A DNA stretch of 64,000 nt from a virus, in the IMG/VR virus record IMGVR_UViG_3300034073_002480, positions 74,723-138,722 of that record, one strand, 5' to 3'. The notes beneath the pieces are model-generated. The model saw only the letters and a list, made by a program, of their open reading frames with translations. It made no database searches and was not told the origin of the DNA. Numbering within the stretch: position 1 is the stretch's first letter; each line of letters opens with the position of its first letter. Below, in pieces: positions 55,673-64,000 of the stretch. A program made the position numbers and the translations under genes.

Positions 55673-55989
55673 GATCTATAAGTAAATATAGATCATGTTT
55701 GAAGGAATACAGAGGTCATCTGCATACCAACCTCTGGATTTGATCTCGGTAGTCTTAAAAGATACAGTGTAGTCTGTGACAACCATACCTACTATAGTAT
55801 GACCATATTGCTCATGCCATACATGAGCAAGTTCTGCTAAATCCGTCTCAAACCAAGGATCAGGGTAGATAGTGACCATAGAAGAAAAGTGGGTAGGTAA
55901 CAGTTTCCCACGACCGCTTGTGCAGTACACAAGGGTTTCGGCTACCACTGTTGAGGTAGCCTCGTCAGGTGGTGTGCAAAGCACGGTAG

Positions 55990-57228
55990 CTACAATCGTG
56001 TTATTGTACCTCCCGATTTTTGTACACAAGTAGCAACATCAGGCTGGACGCGCCAATCACCTGACAAATCGACAAAGTGTACCTTGCAAGTAGCGTCAGG
56101 AGGTAATTGTTGAAAATTACGGATTTCACCGTCAGATAGCAGAACAATCTCTGACCTATGCAAATCTGGTTCTTGCTGCAAGATATCCCAAGCTGTACAA
56201 ACTACTTGTCCGTAAGATGTACCTTGAAAGTAGTTGTTTGTGTTGCAGACATGCAGCATGATGTCCTGTGCATTGTCCTTTGTGACTTGACCCTTGTAGA
56301 AGAAGTCATTACCAAACATTGCCAGATGCAGAGTGTCACCATGCTGGACTACTGATTGTATGCTGTCAAGCAACACAGCAGCAGCAGTCTTGTCACGTTG
56401 ACCTTGCATAGAAGAAGAACAATCTAACAACAAGAAACGAGCGAACTTCCTACGAGCTTTCTTTTGTGGTACAAGAACCTGTGATTGATTAGCTACTAAA
56501 CGTGCTAGTCTAGTATTGGTGTCATACACATACTCCGACCGAGCCATAAACCGAGCTTCTTGTAGTGACCTATTGGATCTTTGTTGAGCGAAGTCGGTGC
56601 GTTCTGTTGTATCTTTGTTTTTGCCTTTATTGTAGGCGAGTTTTTCTTTGAGAACCAACGCAATGTCAGCTACTTGTCCTAAAGCCTTGCGGATTTTACT
56701 GCTATGCAGACGGATGTCATCAATCTGTTCTTCTGTTCCGAGCATAGTAGACAGAAACCCAGAACCTTCTGATGCTTCTGCTTTGTCTTTGCTACGACCA
56801 AAACAAGGTACACAGTGATTGTCAGGTGACTCTACTCTATCTTTTTTGCTGGTTGATGGTAAACCGCCAGCTGCAAAAGCTTCGTTTATTTTCAGAATGT
56901 CATCTTCTATGGTATGAGACTGCACCCATCCAGACTTGATGCAGTGCAACACAAATTCCTTGACGGTGGCATCATAAGCAATCTGTTTGTCTGTAACACC
57001 TACAGGATCATACTTGAACGACCAACTACCTGTGTTTGCCAAAACGTGTGCCACATGCTCACGATAGACCGTAGAAGAAAAATCATGGTACTTCGACTTA
57101 CCAATAAGTAGGTGATATAAATCTTGCACGATAGTGTAGTCAAAGTGTAACCCACCAGTGGATTTGCAACGGAGGTCATATTCCGAGGGGATTTCTAACT
57201 GTGTAGGGTTGGCAATTCTGTGTGTCAT
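55990..57228 (-). CDS. VWA (MIDAS) domain protein, ViaA-like (start approximate)
   Basis: LLDCSSSM (DxSxS), GTS, LLSDG; adjacent to the MoxR ATPase. Confidence 0.8.
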   Translation of the reverse strand: MTHRIANPTQLEIPSEYDLRCKSTGGLHFDYTIVQDLYHLLIGKSKYHDFSSTVYREHVAHVLANTGSWSFKYDPVGVTDKQIAYDATVKEFVLHCIKSGWVQSHTIEDDILKINEAFAAGGLPSTSKKDRVESPDNHCVPCFGRSKDKAEASEGSGFLSTMLGTEEQIDDIRLHSSKIRKALGQVADIALVLKEKLAYNKGKNKDTTERTDFAQQRSNRSLQEARFMARSEYVYDTNTRLARLVANQSQVLVPQKKARRKFARFLLLDCSSSMQGQRDKTAAAVLLDSIQSVVQHGDTLHLAMFGNDFFYKGQVTKDNAQDIMLHVCNTNNYFQGTSYGQVVCTAWDILQQEPDLHRSEIVLLSDGEIRNFQQLPPDATCKVHFVDLSGDWRVQPDVATCVQKSGGTITRL

Positions 57229-57232
57229 GTTC

Positions 57233-58360
57233 TCATGCCTCCACAAAAGTAGTGTCAGTGAAAATCTGCCACTGATACAGACGCTTACCAAACATTGACT
57301 GTAAACGTTCTACAGACTCAGGGTCAGTGTCTTCAAAAGCATAGCAGAGGTTTTTCACTTTCATATCAAGCTTCTGCATATGTGGCAGGGAAATATCCCC
57401 GATATTTAGTTCTGCAAGACTTTCAATCATCTCACAGATGTCTAGATCTTCTGCAATAATTTCTGGTTCAGGTGTAGGTGGTTCTGGGTCTATCCACCAT
57501 GTTTCTGCATCACGGAAGTACATCTGCATAGGCTCAGGATACGCCCATTGTGTGTCAAGAAAGTGTTGTAGTGTAAGTTGTTGTCCTGTACTTGCTGCCC
57601 ATGCTTCTGTTGTGGATAACAAGTGCAAAGCAGAACGGGGTGACATATAATCGTGGTTGCTCTTGTATTTTGCGTGTGCTTGTTGCAAAGCAGAAGCATA
57701 CAACGCGGATACTTGGTAGTCAAGATGCGGCTTGACTTTCTCTAATAAATCTTGCCAGCAGCCTGTATCGCGGAGTTGTGCTGCCGACCATTGGAGTTGA
57801 TAAGCTAACGGAAAGCGCTGCAAAAGAGCGTCTACCGTATTGCGAGATTCTTCACTGACAGAATCAAGAACCTCTGCTTTACTTTTGTTCGTTAAGCAGA
57901 TCAACCACTCACACTTCGAGGTGTAAGTTTGTAGTGGTGTGCGAAATTCACCTGATGTAAGAGTCTGCTTCATTTCGACTAACGCAGACAACTGTGCGTC
58001 AAAGAGTTCTTCAAACACCACATAGCGGCTTGCCAACCACGATGATTCAACATTGTAGATGAAATTAGGTAGTTGGTCGCCGCGTATCCCTGCCCAGATT
58101 TTCGTGGAGTCAGCTCCTCCACAGTCAAGAAGGTCACTGCTGTAATCAGGTATAGTCTGCGCCAACAGTTCGAGAAAGTGGTAGGTCATTTCGGATTTAC
58201 CGAAACCTCCCTTACCATACACGACAAGATTACGACCTGCCAGCCATGCTTGATACATGACCTGCGCGTATTCCTGCCACATCACGAACTTGGAGTTTTG
58301 AAAGTGATCAACTACTTTATTGTATGGTAGTAGATGAATTTTATTCTGCACTGATAGCAT
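57233..58360 (-). CDS. MoxR/RavA-like AAA+ ATPase
   Basis: GKGGFGKS, VFEELF, LTN, ALLQRF, SPR. Confidence 0.8.
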   Translation of the reverse strand: MLSVQNKIHLLPYNKVVDHFQNSKFVMWQEYAQVMYQAWLAGRNLVVYGKGGFGKSEMTYHFLELLAQTIPDYSSDLLDCGGADSTKIWAGIRGDQLPNFIYNVESSWLASRYVVFEELFDAQLSALVEMKQTLTSGEFRTPLQTYTSKCEWLICLTNKSKAEVLDSVSEESRNTVDALLQRFPLAYQLQWSAAQLRDTGCWQDLLEKVKPHLDYQVSALYASALQQAHAKYKSNHDYMSPRSALHLLSTTEAWAASTGQQLTLQHFLDTQWAYPEPMQMYFRDAETWWIDPEPPTPEPEIIAEDLDICEMIESLAELNIGDISLPHMQKLDMKVKNLCYAFEDTDPESVERLQSMFGKRLYQWQIFTDTTFVEA

Positions 58361-58782
58361 AGCGTCTTTGCCCTGAAATAAAAATGAATTTATTCTATTT
58401 TACTGTTTTATAGTGCTTTATAACCAATAACTTAATAAATGTTTACAAAAGTAAACCCTTGCAAAATTCATTAAGTTATCAGATAAAAATCATGTGTGAT
58501 GTCTACTCTATATTGTTCAGAATGTATAGCATTAGTCTCCAACTACTAGAACGTTGACAGCAGAACCAACAATGCGTTGTATATCTTCTTGGTAGAGTAA
58601 AGCACTAGAAGAGTATAAAATGTAAACAATCAAATCACCATCAACTGAAGCTACTCTTTGACAAGTATCAAAACTGCCATACTCATCTTCAAGATCTATG
58701 ACTGCTTGTTCGATAGCTTTGGCTGCCATTGAATTGTTTTTTACTGTGATTAGAATGTGCATATGTGTAGTTAATAAAGAAC

Positions 58783-58809
58783 AAAAAAGGTAGGGCTTAC
58801 AACCCTACC
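58783..58809 (-). terminator. Intrinsic terminator
   Basis: GGTAGGG/CCCTACC stem plus T6. Confidence 0.7.
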
Positions 58810-59248
58810 ACATAGAAGAGAAGTGTAGATTACCAAAGTTTTGTCAAAACAAAACCAGACTCGATGCGTGAGAAACGAAAGTAGTTGAGAATTGCTTCTA
58901 ACGTATTGTAGAATTGATCTTCTGTCTGGTAAACAAAACTAGGGTATACCGAGAACATGACTACAACTTGGTTGAACCTATCGTGACAACCAGATGCTTT
59001 ACTACCAGCATCAACACGAATGACTTCTGAAACCAGAATTTCTAAATCACTGTAATATGCAAGAAAATATTCGTCTACTTGCTCTGGTGTAAACCTATCT
59101 GGGAAATTAGCCTTCAAAGAAGCTGCAATACAAGAAGCGATAGAGAAAGGTGAATAACTAGCTGTAGCCCCAGTATCTTTATGGCAAGCAGCTACTTGTA
59201 CGGTTGTGAAATTAACTTGCATTTGTTTTTATCCTTGTAGAATATGAA

Positions 59249-59310
59249 CACTGTTTCGGGTTGGATGATTAAAAGACCCTCATCAGATGGTGCAGTACAC
59301 CATGACAGTG
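59249..59310 (-). ncRNA. Type III hammerhead ribozyme (HH1)
   Basis: CACUG-UC^-AUGGUG(UACUG)CACCAU-CUGAUGA-GGGU(14 nt)ACCC-GAAA-CAGUG: full catalytic core, three stems, GUC cleavage site. Confidence 0.92.
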
Positions 59311-60113
59311 ACCATAGAAGAGAAGTGTGTTGTGTTTCTCTTCTATGTTGTAGTTAGTTGTCTTGTTGTGTGAGATCGTGGATAATCAAGTAGTCACAGT
59401 CAATATGATAAACACGATAAGCTCTATCGGTGTTACGAGAAAATTCCACACAATAGATATCTGTACGAGCAGGCAACGGATGCACATAAGCTAGATGCTC
59501 CTGTACTGATGCTTGCAACTGCAACGCCATATAAATGCAACGTGCATGATAGTCAGAGTTAATAGTTACCAAACAATCCGCACTTTTTTCTGTCAACGAT
59601 GGTTTGTACTGCAACCGCGACAGAATAGTGTACAAGAGGTCGTTCTGACCTGCGTGGTTTTCAGAGCAGTACCAGTACAATGCTTGATAATAATCTGCAT
59701 AAGTGAGAGTTGAAATTTGCTTGACCGTAGAAAGAAATAGTTCAGACATTGTATTAACCTAGTGCGTAGTCTACGAGTTTGTTGTAATCTGTAAATACTG
59801 CTTTGAGTTGTTCTGTACCATCTGGTGCTACCCAAATTAAATACCAAAAACCCATAAAGCGAAAGTAGGTGAGATAAGCTACTGTGTTTTGCATGATAGA
59901 AAGAAAGTTTTATGATCAGATCATCTAGATAAACTTAAATACGAATAGCAACTGCAAAAGTAAACTCACGCCAGAAATAATCAAGAGTTTGGCAAACGAA
60001 AGGTGTCATCAACAGCAGACCACGTTTTGTATCGTGTTTGACTGCTTCAAGATAAAACCACATTTCTGCTAATGCAGATGTCTGTAAGATATAAAGCATT
60101 GTGTTTTGTCCTT

Positions 60114-60180
60114 GGAGTGTAGAAATTGGTTACTCCTCACAACAGGCTACATATAAATAACCTGTTGTAAGGAAAAATCA
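60114..60180 (-). repeat. Intergenic structured element, copy B
   Basis: Same flanks as 52250..52322 with a different but fully paired inner stem. Confidence 0.7.
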
Positions 60181-60807
60181 ATCGTCAATATTTGCGGCAG
60201 ATAACTGCGTTACAACAGTCTTGGTTTGTAGTCCAAAATAGACGGTCTCTTTGTTGTCATAGCAAGCGGAGTATAAATCACCAACAGGTTTGATAAATAG
60301 AAGATCAGCCTCATTCTCATCTGCAAAAGTGTCAGCAGCCCAGTGTACTTCAATTGGCACAGGTAGCAACCAATCATTGCAGTACCAAACGTTACCTAAC
60401 TCCTGTTGTTGCACAGCGCTGCGGATATAAGCATCATCATTGACCTGCGGGAGTTCGAGATCCATGAAGAACGCAAGCAATAATGCAGGGTCAGTTTGTT
60501 CTTGTAATACACGCTTGAATACACCCCATTGTGTTGTTACAAGCAGTATATCAGGCTGTTTAGCTTCTTCTGGCATCCAATCTTCATTGCAGAATGAAAA
60601 GGTGCATTCAATAGCTGCAATGAACTCACCGTTGTCTCCCTGTTTGGTGTTCTGGTACTCAATGACTGCTTCAACTTGTGGCTTGTATTGGACTGGTACA
60701 AAGATGCTGGTAGTGTTAGCGCCGTATTTGTCGTTGTTGTAAGAATTGGTAAGCATAGCAGTTTTTGTCCTGTGTATAAAAAAGAAGTGTACTGGTTATT
60801 TAGCTAC

Positions 60808-60848
60808 CAACTAACAAGGGAGTTACTTGTCACCTGCACAGTGTTATA
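60808..60848 (-). repeat. 41-bp intergenic direct repeat, copy 1
   Basis: 39/41 identical to 61474..61514. Confidence 0.9.
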
Positions 60849-61011
60849 TTTCCTCTATACACTCCCAAGGAGTTATAAAGTGAAGGAATTGCACCAGCAG
60901 TGGTGCTAGTTCCACATAGAGTGGAGGTTGTGCGTTGCTGTAGCGCAGAACCAATGCTGCGCCTTTTGTGTAAACCATTAAACTCATTATTTTATCCTTA
61001 TGTATATTTGT

Positions 61012-61061
61012 TGCTGTTTCGCTACTAGAGTAGCTCATCAGGGGTTAGTAACCCGACAGCA
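61012..61061 (-). ncRNA. Type III hammerhead ribozyme (HH2)
   Basis: UGCUG-UC^-GGGUU(ACU)AACCC-CUGAUGA-GCUAC(UCUA)GUAGC-GAAA-CAGCA. Confidence 0.93.
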
Positions 61062-61473
61062 GACCATAGAAGAGAGTTGTTAGCTTCTCTTCTATGTTGG
61101 TGTGTTATTTATAAGTGTCAACTGCTTTACCGTCAACAAAAGTAAATTCACGAAACAAAACTGCACCATCGTCTTCGGGGTCAAGTGTTGGATCTTCATA
61201 CCAAGCTATGTATATAGCTGTATTTTCTACATGGGCGATAGAGGTTAGTAGCAACCCCTCGTACTCCACACAAATAGCTTGTGCTGCTTCTTTGATGACT
61301 GGAGGGATATCTGCGTGCCAGTCGTAAACTGCGGTGTCAATATACTCCTCTTCGTCTTGTAATAAGTACCAATCTGCATCAAACTGGTCTTCAATCATTT
61401 GGTCTTCTGTTGTATGTGTCATTTTTTTTCTCCTGTAAAAGAATTGTACAACTTTTGACTACTTTAGTGCAGT

Positions 61474-61514
61474 CAACTAACAAGGGAGTTACTTGTCACC
61501 TGTGCAGTGTTATA
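61474..61514 (-). repeat. 41-bp intergenic direct repeat, copy 2
   Basis: 39/41 identical to 60808..60848. Confidence 0.9.
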
Positions 61515-61947
61515 GATAGTTCTGCAAGTCTAGATGTAATACTCGGTAATGATTGTTCACACGTTCAAACTCCTCAGTATCAGTAAGAGCTATGTAGATT
61601 TCTAATTCCCGATCACTAGATAATGCAGTGCAAACCTCTTCAACTGTAGCCCAACCTGAACCAATTACTGCCTTAATCTCTTTTAATAACTCTGACATAA
61701 CTAATAACCTATCGATCTATTTGTGCCGTACTATATTAACCCTATAAGCTATATATAGCAATGGTTACATCCTGATTTGTTACAAAAAGACATAAATCTT
61801 ATTATAAGTTCATTAAATAACCTGATATCTAGATGAATTTCAGTCAAATATCGTATATGGTTGTTGTTTGGTATCATAGGATACATTTCTGTATCTGCAA
61901 AGAAAAAAAGTACCTTGTAGGGTACGTCCATGACCATAGAAGAGAAG

Positions 61948-62697
61948 TTAGGTAGTTATATACAAACCATTGGTGTTCTTAACATTCTTATTTGTTGTAG
62001 TAAACCATTGGTTAAGGTCAGTAGCTTTAGCTTTCTTAAACATACCTAGAGAGTCATATATACCCTGTAGCTTGTTTTTAATATCTTTTAATGTATAAAA
62101 AGAATTAAGTTGAAATTCTACATATACAGCTTGTTGTAGATCTTGTTGAATCTCTGGTCTTGCATCTGCTAATGCTTGTTTGATTCTAGTAGGATTAAGA
62201 CCTAATGCTTTCATTTTCTTGACACCTAGCAGATTGTAAGCATCACGGATATCAGGGGCGTATACTTGTAACTGATCTACTGTTATATCACCTGCATCAT
62301 ATAACTCTACAACATCTTTAAAAACAGTTGATCCACCTTTATCTTTAACAACCTGCCTCAAAGCCGATCTACAATTAAAAAATGGTAATGTCTTCTTGTA
62401 TTGAAGGATATCAGGTAGTACAAGTTGTGAGTTCTTAGTACAATACAGTTTAGAGTTATTGTAAGGAGGTTTAAACAAACTGATGTAGTAAGTCTCGTAA
62501 ATCTCTACATCTAACTCAGACTCTAATTCTATATATTGAATATTGCCACGATCAATATCTACCTTCCATTCAGTCCCTTCAAGCTTATCTTCTATGTGAT
62601 ACCTAATACGACTTAGTAGATTGTTAGTTTTACCGATGTAAAGTAATTTACCACTACTATTATGAAGAAAATAGACTGCTTTTATAGATTGTGTCAT
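61948..62697 (-). CDS. GIY-YIG domain protein with an unrelated C-terminal helical domain
   Basis: AVYFL...LYIGKT..L..R...E.YYI....PPYN. Confidence 0.75.
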   Translation of the reverse strand: MTQSIKAVYFLHNSSGKLLYIGKTNNLLSRIRYHIEDKLEGTEWKVDIDRGNIQYIELESELDVEIYETYYISLFKPPYNNSKLYCTKNSQLVLPDILQYKKTLPFFNCRSALRQVVKDKGGSTVFKDVVELYDAGDITVDQLQVYAPDIRDAYNLLGVKKMKALGLNPTRIKQALADARPEIQQDLQQAVYVEFQLNSFYTLKDIKNKLQGIYDSLGMFKKAKATDLNQWFTTTNKNVKNTNGLYITT

Positions 62698-62698
62698 A

Positions 62699-63499
62699 TT
62701 AATCTACCTTGTAGAAATAAACAATACCGTTTTTGTCAGTTTGGGTAGGATAACCCATGTCATACATAAGCGCTTTAATTACAGGTAGAGTCAGTTCGGG
62801 AATTTCTGCACAAGCTTCTCGCAGGTATTTAAGAGGGATACGGATCTTAGGTCTACCTTTACCCTTCTTGAAATAATCTTCAACAATATCTTGTAGTTTT
62901 TGTTGATACTGATTTGAATGTTTTTCTTTAGCTACGAGATAGCGTTTTAAACCATTCATCAGCGTAGAAAGAGGGATATTCCTTGTACCAAAAAACTGCT
63001 CTAAATCTAGTGATAAATACAGTAGCGTATTGGTTTCAGCAGTAAGTAATTCATCTTTATAGTACACCATATTGTCTTCACCTAAAGAATAATCAACTAC
63101 TAAATCTTTATGATCCAAAAAGAATTTAGCCAACGTAGTTTGATTAATCCTATAGTTTTCAATACTTTGTAGCTTACGAATAGATTGTTCACCCTGCTTA
63201 TGTGCTATTTTATAGACTTGTAATTCATGCTTGAGTTCTGCCATTAGTCTATTATTTTCTGCCATAGCTTGCTCATTACGTTCAAGAGCAACCAAAGTAG
63301 ATTTAAAGTTATCACTTAAACTAATATAAGAGTCAAGAATAGTAGATACAATAAACCGATCATTATCAACCTCTACTTGGTCAAGAATAGCTACTGTATC
63401 AATTGGTGTTTTGTCTAAACTACTATTAACTTTGGCTACCACATCTGGATCTGCTGATTTCATAAAATACCTCTCATAAATATATCTATATTGTAACAT
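62699..63499 (-). CDS. Hypothetical coiled-coil protein
   Basis: 266 aa ORF with a heptad-rich centre. Confidence 0.65.
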   Translation of the reverse strand: MLQYRYIYERYFMKSADPDVVAKVNSSLDKTPIDTVAILDQVEVDNDRFIVSTILDSYISLSDNFKSTLVALERNEQAMAENNRLMAELKHELQVYKIAHKQGEQSIRKLQSIENYRINQTTLAKFFLDHKDLVVDYSLGEDNMVYYKDELLTAETNTLLYLSLDLEQFFGTRNIPLSTLMNGLKRYLVAKEKHSNQYQQKLQDIVEDYFKKGKGRPKIRIPLKYLREACAEIPELTLPVIKALMYDMGYPTQTDKNGIVYFYKVD

Positions 63500-63529
63500 A
63501 TTTACTTAGGTATTTTGCAAGGTATAGCT

Positions 63530-63592
63530 ACCTAACTAAAGTCAAAAAATACCCTTACCTATGGCAGAAAATCACCTAACTAAAGTCAAAAA
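63530..63592. repeat. 19-bp direct repeat pair (ACCTAACTAAAGTCAAAAA), 44-bp period
   Basis: Copies at 63530 and 63574; partial copy at 63606. Confidence 0.85.
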
Positions 63593-64000
63593 TATCCTCA
63601 AACATACCTAACAAAATAGTAACGCTAGAATCAGGGTTTGAGGTATTTATGGGACGATTTTTTTACACTTGGTATACTGCTGCTCATCCTTCAGAAAGGG
63701 AGATAAACGTGACCGATAGGGAACATCCTTTTAGAAGTAGGTTTAACAGTTACAAAAAAATAATATTTTGCGGCGTTAAAAAAATTCCCCTACATAAAAA
63801 TAAAAAACTACCTAGTAAAAATTTAAGTAGTTTATAAAAATTCTGATGTAATAGGTATATACACCAAAGACCATATAAAAAATCCTACCGTAAAAAAAAA
63901 ATAAAAAAAATTCCCCTAAAAAATAAAAAATAAAAAAAATCCTGCCATAAAAAATACAACAGACCATAGAAAGAAAGGGTAGTGTTATACCATGCAACCT

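Larger units (their letters stand above)
95..63978. repeat. Dispersed motif CCRTAGAARAGAAR on both strands
   Basis: About 60 exact CCRTAGAA/TTCTAYGG cores by manual count, plus ACRTAGAA variants. Confidence 0.9.

Noticed and set aside
52250-60180. HDV-like ribozyme on the plus strand (CUCCUCAC resembles L3)
   Set aside because: No P3 stem flanks the motif in either copy, and G-U pairs favour the minus strand.
60988-61038. N-terminal extension of ORF 60844..61038
   Set aside because: It overlaps hammerhead HH2; the RBS points to the ATG at 60987.
60808-61514. Twister ribozyme interpretation of the 41-bp repeat (UAACACUGC...GGUGACAAGU resembles twister P2/L4)
   Set aside because: The P4 3' strand, P2 3' strand and GAG/T1 elements are missing, and copy 1 lacks the T2 GC.
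152-63837. Numerous short plus-strand ORFs in the track
   Set aside because: They are antisense shadows of minus-strand genes with no recognisable motifs; only 29360..30157 was accepted.

Overview
AT-rich segment of a large lytic dsDNA phage, probably infecting cyanobacteria (inferred from protein families). Almost all genes are on the minus strand. Read from the right end leftwards: an A-tract/iteron-like region; an early region of small genes with many structured intergenic RNAs; a MoxR-VWA pair and an SNF2 helicase; a unit with putative RNA polymerase subunit-like fragments; a large tRNA/RNA repair gene set; a complete ubiquitin-like conjugation operon (Ubl-JAB-E2-E1) behind a ~700 nt structured non-coding region; Tad1; recombination/replication genes (Sak4-like ATPase, SSB, exonuclease, primase, helicase, family A DNA polymerase); and class Ia ribonucleotide reductase. 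No virion structural genes were recognised. Strongest unexpected signals: (1) two canonical type III hammerhead ribozymes in identical intergenic cassettes; (2) a dispersed motif CCRTAGAARAGAA, about 60 core copies on both strands, mostly inside coding sequence; (3) the phage-encoded ubiquitin-like system and its internally duplicated, covarying upstream RNA; (4) a divergent RpoB N-terminal-like protein. All protein calls come from visual motif recognition, not database searches, and motif counts are manual.
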